A stretch of 64,000 bases of DNA from an uncultured Bacteroides sp. (GTDB lineage Bacteria; Bacteroidota; Bacteroidia; Bacteroidales; Muribaculaceae), in contig CAZASF010000004.1 in the NCBI GenBank assembly GCA_964487725.1, forward strand, positions 9,907-73,906, in the 5' to 3' direction. A model generated the notes under the pieces. That model worked only from the letters and a program-made list of their open reading frames with translations. It had not been told where the DNA came from and searched no databases. Every line of letters begins with the position of its first letter. The first letter of the stretch is position 1. This document shows, piece by piece, positions 1 through 9,514 of this stretch. Position numbers and translations under genes: made by a program.

Positions 1-173
1 CGCTTAAAGGCAAAGTTGTGGCTGCCGGAAAAGGCACCAAGGACGAAGAAATGATTCTCAAGGAAGGCGATGAGGTTGTGTTCGGAAAATATGCCGGCAC
101 TGAAATCGAATTCGAAGGTGAAAAATATCTTATCATGCGTCAGAACGATGTTCTCGCTGTTGTGGTAAAATAA
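1..173 (+). CDS. groES: Co-chaperonin GroES (5' truncated by window edge)
   Basis: Frame from base 3 reads LKGKVVAAGKGTKDEEMILKEGDEVVFGKYAGTEIEFEGEKYLIMRQNDVLAVVVK*, directly upstream of groEL. Confidence 0.97.
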   Translation, partial: LKGKVVAAGKGTKDEEMILKEGDEVVFGKYAGTEIEFEGEKYLIMRQNDVLAVVVK

Positions 174-177
174 CTAA

Positions 178-1827
<1,650 letters not shown>

Positions 1828-1851
1828 AAATTTCCGCTGAATGCATAATAA

Positions 1852-1891
1852 GATTCGCAGCCCGCACTTTCGGGGTTGCGAATCTTTTTTT
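1852..1891 (+). terminator. Intrinsic terminator of groESL
   Basis: gattcgcagcccg-cacttt-cggggttgcgaatc stem followed by a T run. Confidence 0.85.
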
Positions 1892-1920
1892 GGTTGTGTC
1901 AGGGAAAATTTGTAACTTTG
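1889..1920 (+). promoter_or_regulatory. Bacteroidetes sigma-A promoter for greA operon
   Basis: TTTG (1889-1892), 20-nt spacer, TAACTTTG (1913-1920) match the -33/-7 consensus. Confidence 0.75.
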
Positions 1921-2069
1921 CCGTTGAAAATGTGTGAGAAAAGTGAGCGGACGCATGGAGCCGTCTGCAGCGCTATTGGAATCTCAGTCAGTGAACTGAC
2001 GCAGGGATTCCTAAATTTTTTCTCTGTATTGGATAACCCTATTGAATAACAAATAAAAATATATAGACC

Positions 2070-2540
2070 ATGCCTATTACCTACATGACAAAGTCAGGCT
2101 ATAAGAAAAAAATGGAAGAAATAGCCTATCTGGAATCAGTGAAACGTCCTGAAATATCGCGTGCCATAGCTGAAGCCCGCGACAAGGGCGACCTTTCTGA
2201 AAATTCTGAATATGATGCCGCAAAGGAGGCTCAGGGAATGCTCGAGATGAAGATTTCGCAGCTTAAGGACCTCGTTGCTAATTGTCGTATCATTGACGAG
2301 AGCAATCTCAACAATGAAGAAGTTCAGATTCTTAACACCGTCACCATAAAGAATGTGCAGAACGGCATGCAGATGGCTTATACCATAGTGGCCGATTCCG
2401 AAGCTAATCTTAAGGAGAAGAAAATCGGCTCGAGCACCCCTATAGCACAAGGTCTTCTCGGTCATAAACTTGGCGAAACGGTTGAAATCAAGGTGCCTGC
2501 AGGCCTGATGAAATTTGAAATTGTAAAAATCGACTTCTGA
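2070..2540 (+). CDS. greA: Transcription elongation factor GreA
   Basis: ARDKGDLSENSEYDAAK motif, C-terminal STPIAQGLLG; 156 aa. Confidence 0.97.
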   Translation: MPITYMTKSGYKKKMEEIAYLESVKRPEISRAIAEARDKGDLSENSEYDAAKEAQGMLEMKISQLKDLVANCRIIDESNLNNEEVQILNTVTIKNVQNGMQMAYTIVADSEANLKEKKIGSSTPIAQGLLGHKLGETVEIKVPAGLMKFEIVKIDF

Positions 2541-2541
2541 C

Positions 2542-2931
2542 ATGGCTTCCGTTTTCAGTTTGATAGTAGCCGGCGAGATACCTTGTTATAAGGTAGCCGA
2601 GGATGACCGTCATCTTGCTTTCCTTGATATAAATCCAATTGCTCCGGGTCACACTCTAGTCATCCCCAAGCGTGAGGTGAGCTATCTTTTTGATCTTGAC
2701 GATGATGAGTATGTAGCACTCGAACTCTTTGCCAAGCGAGTTGCCAAGGCCGTGGATGCAGCCATGCCTTGTCAGCGTGTCGCTGAGGCTGTGATTGGTC
2801 TTGAAGTGCCTCATGCTCACATACATTTGGTGCCAATCAACACCGAAGCAGACCTCAATTTCCGCAACAAGCTTCAGTTGGATGGCGAGGAGATGAAGTC
2901 CATAGCCGCCCGCATCGCAGCTGAGTTTTAA
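2542..2931 (+). CDS. HIT family nucleotide hydrolase (HinT-like)
   Basis: AFLDINPIAPGHTLVIPK and HAHIH histidine triad. Confidence 0.93.
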   Translation: MASVFSLIVAGEIPCYKVAEDDRHLAFLDINPIAPGHTLVIPKREVSYLFDLDDDEYVALELFAKRVAKAVDAAMPCQRVAEAVIGLEVPHAHIHLVPINTEADLNFRNKLQLDGEEMKSIAARIAAEF

Positions 2932-2949
2932 TCACCCGATGCCTGCGGA

Positions 2950-3999
2950 GTGAACACGCTTTTCTGGTTCAATCCTGAAAACGACCTCGCTTTAGCTGCA
3001 GGGAGTGCCAACTATACTCCGCCGGCAGCAGCCGTAGCGCTGCGGCAAGGCGGTGTGCGACTTCCGCAACTGTGGTGTGACAGGTCGGATTTAGTACTCG
3101 ATATAGACTTGCAAGAACGTATTTCCAACCCCACGCTCATCCCTGAGCCGTGGGGTTGGAGCGCATATACGCGCAATCGGTTGCTTCGTGCCGGAGCTTG
3201 CGCACAAAACATGCCTGATGACGATGCATTGGCTCATATCCGGCGTCTGAGCCATAGGCGGACGTCTGTGGAATTGCTTCGGGGCCTCGGCGTTGGGACT
3301 GCGGCACTCCCCGTGGAGGCGTTCACGGAGTCCGAGGCGCTGAGAGCGATTGACAGCATGGACGGAGATGCGGTGGTGAAGTTACCATGGTCATGCAGTG
3401 GTAGAGGAGTATTTTATACCCGTAAAATGAGTCGGGGGCAGTTGCAGTCTGTCGTAAAAGGCGGTATTACCCGACAGGGGAGCGTCATGATTGAGCGCCG
3501 TCTTGATAAAGTAGCGGATTTCGCTATGTTGTTCTATTGCGATGGCCCATGTGTGACATATCGCGGACTCTCCGTGTTTGCCACCGATGTTTCCGGTAAC
3601 TATTCCGGAAATTTAATCGCGTCCCAGAGCATTTTGGCGGAGCGTATTGATATTGATTGTGCGGCGTTGGGCGAACGTATCAGTTATCAGCTTGGGCAAA
3701 TACTTGATGGCCGGTACCGCGGATGGATAGGTGTCGACATGATGATATGCAGGAGTGATAATGGGCATACGTTTGTCCATCCTTGCGTGGAGGTGAATCT
3801 TCGGATGACTATGGGAGTTGCGGCTCTCCTTGCGGCGCAGAGCGGCAGATTGCCGTGGGATGTGGCGTTGCTAAGAGTAGCCCTACCCGGAGAGATGTTG
3901 CCTCACGGAGCCATAACTCTTTCTGCCACAGAGCCTGACCGGCGGAAGCCTCTTCGGAAGCCTATCATTACGGTTAATAATGCTGAAAACCGCAGTTAA
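2950..3999 (+). CDS. Uncharacterised ATP-grasp-fold protein
   Basis: VVKLPWSCSGRG, GVDMMI and CVEVNLRMTMG resemble ATP-grasp nucleotide and metal motifs; GTG start. Confidence 0.65.
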   Translation: MNTLFWFNPENDLALAAGSANYTPPAAAVALRQGGVRLPQLWCDRSDLVLDIDLQERISNPTLIPEPWGWSAYTRNRLLRAGACAQNMPDDDALAHIRRLSHRRTSVELLRGLGVGTAALPVEAFTESEALRAIDSMDGDAVVKLPWSCSGRGVFYTRKMSRGQLQSVVKGGITRQGSVMIERRLDKVADFAMLFYCDGPCVTYRGLSVFATDVSGNYSGNLIASQSILAERIDIDCAALGERISYQLGQILDGRYRGWIGVDMMICRSDNGHTFVHPCVEVNLRMTMGVAALLAAQSGRLPWDVALLRVALPGEMLPHGAITLSATEPDRRKPLRKPIITVNNAENRS

Positions 4000-4165
4000 A
4001 ATATCTCAACAGTTAGGGCATGGAATATGAATGCTAACGCCTAAAGCGTTGTAAATAACGCTATTGTAATATAACGTATTAAGGCGTTGATATATTGGTT
4101 GATATATCTTAACTTAAAATTATCAACTTGGTTTTCAGGATATTGACAACGGTGTCCAAAAGTTG

Positions 4166-4173
4166 TAACTTTG
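4166..4173 (+). promoter_or_regulatory. -7 promoter element upstream of candidate ncRNA
   Basis: TAACTTTG followed by CA. Confidence 0.65.
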
Positions 4174-4179
4174 CAAACG

Positions 4180-4317
4180 TAAAAACGGATGACAATGCGT
4201 GATTGACGTTGTCATAGCAGTTTAGGAAATTGATAATAATTAGTTAGAAAGGGAGAATTCCGCAGGGGCAGCCCAGACAGAGATGTCGTAGCAAACCCGA
4301 GCGGAATTCGTTGTTTT
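4180..4317 (+). ncRNA. Candidate structured small RNA or leader, family unknown
   Basis: Own promoter; 5' hairpin 4189-4215; 3' long hairpin gaattccgc(4255)...gcggaattc(4309) with a GAGA tetraloop, then GTTGTTTT; a separate promoter follows for the next gene. Confidence 0.5.
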
Positions 4318-4330
4318 AAAAAATAATCAT

Positions 4331-4338
4331 TACCTTTG
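4331..4338 (+). promoter_or_regulatory. -7 promoter element of SNF transporter
   Basis: TACCTTTG 25 nt before the ATG. Confidence 0.65.
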
Positions 4339-4363
4339 CGCTTTATCACTTACTTCAACGTCA

Positions 4364-5722
4364 ATGGATTCAAAGTCAAGAAATAATGATAGGGCTGTAT
4401 TCGCATCCAAATTCGCAGCCGTAGCCACCACCGTAGGCTCCGCCGTAGGGCTGGGAAATATCTGGCGATTCCCGTATGAGGCCGGTATGCATGGCGGTGG
4501 TGCGTTCTTAATATGCTACATGGCGTTTGTATTTCTTATTGGTGTGCCTGTGTTGTGTGCCGAGTTCATCATGGGGCGCGGGACGCGCAGCAACGTGTTC
4601 GGAGCGTTCCGTAAGCTTCGTCCGCGTCATCCTTGGTATCTGGCCGGATATATAGGCATTGTCGCATCGCTTCTGATTCTGAGCTTCTATTCGGTTGTGG
4701 CAGGATGGACTATCGAGTACTGCCTGTCATCGGTTTTCGGCTATCTTGACTTTTCCGATACGGAAGTGGGTCACAATCAGTTTATGACGCTGACAACCGG
4801 GTGGCGTCCTGTACTTTGGACGGTTATTTTCCTGTTGGTCAATCTGACGATTGTTGCTGGCGGTGTAAAGAAGGGAATAGAACGGGCATGCAACATATTG
4901 ATGCCCATGCTGTTTGTTCTTCTCATAGCCTTCTGCATCAACTCGTTTACAATGCCCGGATTTAGGGACGGTGTATCCTTCCTGTTTCATCCTGATTTCA
5001 GCCAGATAACGCCATCGGTTCTGCTCGGGGCCCTTGGTCAGGCGTTCTTTTCGCTCAGTCTCGGATTGGGTTGCATGATGACCTACGCATCGTATTTCAG
5101 CAATCGCACCCGATTGGCCAGAACGGCGGTCACCACAGCCGTTCTTGATTCCGCTGTGGCTATTCTTGCCGGTGTAATTATCTTTCCGGCGGTATTTTCG
5201 TTTGGTATATCGCCGGAGGCCGGCCCAACGCTCGTGTTCGAGGTTTTGCCCTACATTTTCAGCCAGCTTCCCGGCGGAGCTGCGTGGTCAACTCTGTTCT
5301 TCCTGCTGCTTTTCCTCGCTTCGCTGACATCCACGGTGTCCATGAGTGAGATTTCCATAACATATTTCTGCGAGGAAAAGAAGATGGGACGTGGGAAGGC
5401 CGTGTGTGTATCCACGGCAATTGCCTTTGTCGGAGCCATGTTGTGTGCGCTTAGCTTCGGCCCGCTCGGCGATTTCACCATTGCCGGCATGACTTTTTTC
5501 AGCATGTTTGATTATTTTTCATCCAACGTGTGTCTGCCTCTCGGAGGTATGATTATATCAGTATTTGTAGGGTGGTTCATTGAACGGCGTATGATAAAAC
5601 AACAACTCACCGACCACGGGAAGTATCGCTTCCGCATGATCGGTGTGCTGATTTTCTGTCTCCGCTACCTTTGTCCGGCAGCCATATTCCTGATATTCCT
5701 CAATTCAATAGGGCTGCTGTAG
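4364..5722 (+). CDS. Sodium-dependent transporter, SNF/NSS (LeuT-like) family
   Basis: GSAVGLGNIWRFPY signature and many TM helices. Confidence 0.95.
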   Translation: MDSKSRNNDRAVFASKFAAVATTVGSAVGLGNIWRFPYEAGMHGGGAFLICYMAFVFLIGVPVLCAEFIMGRGTRSNVFGAFRKLRPRHPWYLAGYIGIVASLLILSFYSVVAGWTIEYCLSSVFGYLDFSDTEVGHNQFMTLTTGWRPVLWTVIFLLVNLTIVAGGVKKGIERACNILMPMLFVLLIAFCINSFTMPGFRDGVSFLFHPDFSQITPSVLLGALGQAFFSLSLGLGCMMTYASYFSNRTRLARTAVTTAVLDSAVAILAGVIIFPAVFSFGISPEAGPTLVFEVLPYIFSQLPGGAAWSTLFFLLLFLASLTSTVSMSEISITYFCEEKKMGRGKAVCVSTAIAFVGAMLCALSFGPLGDFTIAGMTFFSMFDYFSSNVCLPLGGMIISVFVGWFIERRMIKQQLTDHGKYRFRMIGVLIFCLRYLCPAAIFLIFLNSIGLL

Positions 5723-5732
5723 CTGTAGTGTC

Positions 5733-6263
5733 TTAGAGAATGCCTTTGATTTTGTCAGCGGCCTTGTCCTTGAGTTCCGTTGCTTTTTCTTTGGCTGATT
5801 CGGTCACTTCCGATGCCTTTTCTTTAACGGCTTCGGTGGCGGTGCCTATTTTGTCAGTGTCAAGAGCAGCCTTGATTGAGTCATAAACCTTAGGCGCCTT
5901 TTCTTTAATTGACGGGCCAACTTGAGCGAAGTAATCCTTTGCTTCCTGAATCTTTCCTTCTGACACAAGTTTAACAATGTAGTCCTTAGCCTGACCGGCG
6001 AGAGCGGTGGCTTCGGCGCCGGTGGAGTTTTTCAACTGCTCAATTAGGGCCTTGCCTTGCTCGGCCGTGGTGACAGCGGCGGTGGATACTGCTTCGCCTA
6101 CTGCAGCACCGGCGGTATCAACTCCGGCCACATCAATTACGTCAACTTCTTCGAAAGCTACGGAGTCATCCCCGGCTTCGGTTTGATTCTCACTTTTTGA
6201 ACCTCCGCATGATACGAGGGTCATGGCCAGTACAACGGCACCTGATAAAAACAACTTTTTCAT
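5733..6263 (-). CDS. Hypothetical lipoprotein (~176 aa)
   Basis: Probable start MKKLFLSG at 6263; lipobox LVSC; Ala/Lys/Glu-rich helical C-terminus. Confidence 0.8.
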   Translation of the reverse strand: MKKLFLSGAVVLAMTLVSCGGSKSENQTEAGDDSVAFEEVDVIDVAGVDTAGAAVGEAVSTAAVTTAEQGKALIEQLKNSTGAEATALAGQAKDYIVKLVSEGKIQEAKDYFAQVGPSIKEKAPKVYDSIKAALDTDKIGTATEAVKEKASEVTESAKEKATELKDKAADKIKGIL

Positions 6264-6401
6264 TTCGGTTATAAGAACTGATATAAACATAAAACTCGGA
6301 ACTGACTGTACTGTAGATTATTGTTTGTTTGCTGCAGGTTACACCAATTCCATGTAATGTATTTAACCGCTGACCCGGCGTAATGGTTCATTTCTGAGAC
6401 T

Positions 6402-6538
6402 AAAGAAAGTCAAAGGGCGCTCTCACGAGCACCCTTTGGGATTTACACATAGTACTTAACGTCAGTGGATGTATTATAATGTCTAATGTCGTAATTTACT
6501 ACGAAAAAGCGTTTTTGATAAGCTGTTGTAAAAATGTT
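6402..6538 (-). ncRNA. Candidate sRNA (or terminated leader) of ~135 nt
   Basis: Minus-strand TATCTTTG at 6551-6544; terminator CAAAGGGUGCUC-GUGA-GAGCGCCCUUUG (6438-6411) pairs fully only on the minus strand and is followed by ACUUUCUUU. Confidence 0.55.
6411..6438 (-). terminator. Intrinsic terminator with GNRA loop
   Basis: 12-bp stem with one G-U pair, GUGA loop, U-rich tail on the minus strand. Confidence 0.75.
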
Positions 6539-6585
6539 ATATGCAAAGATAAACGATTAAGGATGAAAAAGCAAGACTCTAACAA

Positions 6586-6601
6586 TATGTTTTACAACAT
6601 A
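6586..6601. promoter_or_regulatory. Cur (BT4338-type CRP-family) operator
   Basis: TATGTT-T-TA-C-AACATA matches the core TATGTTnTAnAACATA consensus I recall for Bacteroides BT4338/Cur. Confidence 0.7.
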
Positions 6602-6841
6602 TTATGGAAAATTGCTATTGTGTGGCGCTGTTTTTGCTGACTTTTTGCACGAAAAAGCCCCGAAAATCGCAATTTTTGTAAGCAAAAACGTCCTGTTTTG
6701 GGCATTTTGAAGCCTATTAAAAGATGTTAATAGCGGATTTCGCCCATTTTATAGTAGGCTCAGTGGCCAAAGCTGGTCAAATGAAGCATGAGGTCGAAAA
6801 AAATATTGAAAAAATAGAACTGATATTTCGGAAAAATGATG

Positions 6842-6849
6842 TAAATTTG
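6842..6849 (+). promoter_or_regulatory. -7 promoter element of TPR lipoprotein gene
   Basis: TAAATTTG followed by CA. Confidence 0.65.
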
Positions 6850-6911
6850 CAGATAATCACATTTTATGCTCCCTTTCGACAGAAATTCAATATTCAATAC
6901 CTAAATTCATT

Positions 6912-8600
6912 ATGAAAAAGATTCTTTATTCATCATTGGCTGTTGGAACTTTGGTTCTGCTTACAGGCTGTAATGGAAAGATGGGTCAGTTCAATTCTGA
7001 CTATTTCAACACCAATCCCAATCCTCTCGAGTTGGTAGGTCAGAACGTTCCTGCCACCGTTACTGGTAACGTCCCCGCCAAGTTCTTCAAGAAGAATGCG
7101 TCTGTGACAATCACCCCCGTCCTCGTTTACGGCGGACAGCAGAAAACTGCTAATTCCGTAACCTATCAGGGCGAGAAAGTTCGTGGCAACAACCCCGTTA
7201 TTTATTACAACAATGGCGGTACAGTCACCATTCCCGTAAACTATGTTTACACTCCCGAAATGCAGAAGAGCGAACTTTACCTGACTTTCAATGTTCAGCA
7301 GGGCAGCAAGCAGTATGTGCTTCCCCAGGTGAAGGTTGCTGACGGTATCATCGCCACTGCAGCTCTTGCTGATGCAGGTACTGTTACTCCCGCAACTGCA
7401 GCTGATAAGTTCCAGCGCGTAATCAACGACAAATATTCAGCTGACATCCACTTCCTTATTAACCAGGCCAACATCCGCAAGGGTGAACTTGATTCTCAGG
7501 GTGTGGTTGACCTCAACGAAACTCTTCGCACTGCCGCTGCTACTCCTAATCTGGAAATCGAAGAAATCAACATTTCATCTTACGCTTCTCCCGAAGGTGC
7601 CTACGATTTCAACCAGCAGCTCGCTGAAAAGCGCGAACAGAACACTTCCGCTTATCTTGAAAATCAGCTTCAGAAGGACAAAATCACAGAATTCGGCGAA
7701 CTCACCAAGCAGTTCACAGCCGAAGACTGGGAAGGCTTCCAGCAGCTCGTTGCTGCCAGCAACATTCAGGACAAGGACCTTATCCTCAGCGTTCTTGCTA
7801 ACGTGAAAGATCCCGAAATCCGCGAACAGGAAATCCGCAATCTCGCTAACGTATTCGAAACTCTCGCTGACCAGATCCTTCCCCAGCTCCGTCGCAGCCA
7901 CATCACCGCTTCTATCAACACTATCGGTAAGAGCGATGAGGAACTTGCAAGCCTCGCCCAGAGCGATCCCAAGTCTCTCTCTGTTGAGGAACTTCTCTAT
8001 GCTGCCACCCTTACTGACGACAACAACCGCAAGGCTCAGATCTACGAGCAGGTTACCCGTCTTTATCCCAATGACTACCGCGGATTCAACAACCTCGGCA
8101 AAGCTCAGTTCATCAACAAGGACTATTCAGCAGCTGTAGCAAGCCTTAACAAGGCTGCATCTCTTGCTCCCAATAGCTCTGAGGTTGCCATGAACCAGGG
8201 TCTCGTTCAGCTCGTTAACAAGGATTACACTGCAGCTAACCGTAGCTTCAGCAATGCAGCCGGCCTCGAAGGTCTCGGTGACGCTCTCGGCGTTTACTAC
8301 CTGAGTCAGGGCGACAATGCAGCTGCTGTTAAGGCATTTGGTTCAAGCAAGAGCAACAATGCTGCACTCGCTCAGATTCTTACTAAGAACTACGCCGCTG
8401 CAAAGAACACTCTCGGTGCAATCGCTAATCCTGATGCAACTACCTACTATCTGAACGCTGTTCTCGGTGCTCGCACCAACAACGCTTCAATGGTTACAAC
8501 CAACCTCGACAAAGCTATTCAGCTTGACAACTCGCTCGCCAGCATGGCCCTCAATGACCTTGAGTTCGCCAACTTCAACCTCGGCAGCGTAATCAAGTAA
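6912..8600 (+). CDS. Lipoprotein with OmpA-like domain and C-terminal TPR repeats
   Basis: Lipobox LLTGC; IHFLINQANIR...SYASPEG...NQQLAEKR resembles an OmpA-like fold; TPR-like YPNDYRGFNNLG helices; strongly biased codons suggest high expression. Confidence 0.8.
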   Translation: MKKILYSSLAVGTLVLLTGCNGKMGQFNSDYFNTNPNPLELVGQNVPATVTGNVPAKFFKKNASVTITPVLVYGGQQKTANSVTYQGEKVRGNNPVIYYNNGGTVTIPVNYVYTPEMQKSELYLTFNVQQGSKQYVLPQVKVADGIIATAALADAGTVTPATAADKFQRVINDKYSADIHFLINQANIRKGELDSQGVVDLNETLRTAAATPNLEIEEINISSYASPEGAYDFNQQLAEKREQNTSAYLENQLQKDKITEFGELTKQFTAEDWEGFQQLVAASNIQDKDLILSVLANVKDPEIREQEIRNLANVFETLADQILPQLRRSHITASINTIGKSDEELASLAQSDPKSLSVEELLYAATLTDDNNRKAQIYEQVTRLYPNDYRGFNNLGKAQFINKDYSAAVASLNKAASLAPNSSEVAMNQGLVQLVNKDYTAANRSFSNAAGLEGLGDALGVYYLSQGDNAAAVKAFGSSKSNNAALAQILTKNYAAAKNTLGAIANPDATTYYLNAVLGARTNNASMVTTNLDKAIQLDNSLASMALNDLEFANFNLGSVIK

Positions 8601-8636
8601 GAAATTACGAAGGCTTAGTTTTCGAAATTAAATAAT

Positions 8637-8676
8637 TGAGCGGGAGCGCTTTCCGAAAGGGGAGCGCTCCTGTTGG
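8637..8676 (+). terminator. Terminator hairpin between convergent genes
   Basis: ggagcgctttcc-GAAA-ggggagcgctcc. Confidence 0.75.
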
Positions 8677-8694
8677 CTTTCATAGAGTCGGGTG

Positions 8695-9468
8695 CTATTG
8701 ACGGTGTCTTTGAATGTATCGGGCGAGTCCGTATATGTAGCGGCGGAAACCGGGACGGTAGGCTAAAACACGGTCGAACCAGCCTATACGGCGGTCGAAG
8801 AAACGCACTATGATGCCAACAAATATCATGGCAAACAGCGTTCCGGGGCCTATTACTGTCGTAAGCCACGTCCCAAAAAACATATAGCCAAGAATTACGG
8901 CTATAGCAACAAGAGTTATGTCAACCCCTATCTTGGCCTTGGCAAATTGAATGCCGGTAGATTTGCTTATTGCTGCGGGAACTCCCTCACCGGGCATGGT
9001 TACCGAACCACAGCGTATCTCAAGAGCAATGCCGAAGCCAAGTATCACGCATCCCGCGAGTTGCATCAGGCAGCGTGCCGCTAAGGTTGAGGTGGGAATG
9101 ATTGCCGTTATGAACATGTTGAGGTCAAGAAACCAGCCGAAGACAGTGCCGATGACAATCTGGAATAGCTGCACTTTTTCAAATCGCCGGCGCAGGATGC
9201 AAATCTGAATGGCAACCAATAATATGTTCATGATATTGGTGTACTCGCCAACGGTCAAAGCCGGTGCTGACCCTGCCTCTCCGGCGAGAGTCATAACCAT
9301 AGGTACGGATGAAATTACGCTGCTGCCAAGGGCCGAGCGTATGGTCAGAGCCACGCCCATGGTCATTATGAAGATTGATATGGCGAGCAGCATGTGCTGC
9401 CAGAGAAAGGAAATGATGTGGGTTTTGTCTGTTGGAAATTTAGTTGAAATCGTACCTGAATTAATCAT
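8695..9468 (-). CDS. YczE/YyaS/YitT-type membrane protein
   Basis: Two repeated hydrophobic halves with LGSSVISSVP, MPGEG and GPGT motifs. Confidence 0.75.
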   Translation of the reverse strand: MINSGTISTKFPTDKTHIISFLWQHMLLAISIFIMTMGVALTIRSALGSSVISSVPMVMTLAGEAGSAPALTVGEYTNIMNILLVAIQICILRRRFEKVQLFQIVIGTVFGWFLDLNMFITAIIPTSTLAARCLMQLAGCVILGFGIALEIRCGSVTMPGEGVPAAISKSTGIQFAKAKIGVDITLVAIAVILGYMFFGTWLTTVIGPGTLFAMIFVGIIVRFFDRRIGWFDRVLAYRPGFRRYIYGLARYIQRHRQ

Positions 9469-9514
9469 AGATTTAGATTTTGTCAGGCAAAATTACAAAT
9501 TTCGCGTCAGAAAT

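Noticed and set aside
4255-4309. SRP (4.5S) RNA identity for the GNRA-capped long hairpin
   Set aside because: Lacks the conserved CAGG...AGCAG internal-loop pairs (reads CCAG...CGUAG); kept only as an unknown ncRNA candidate
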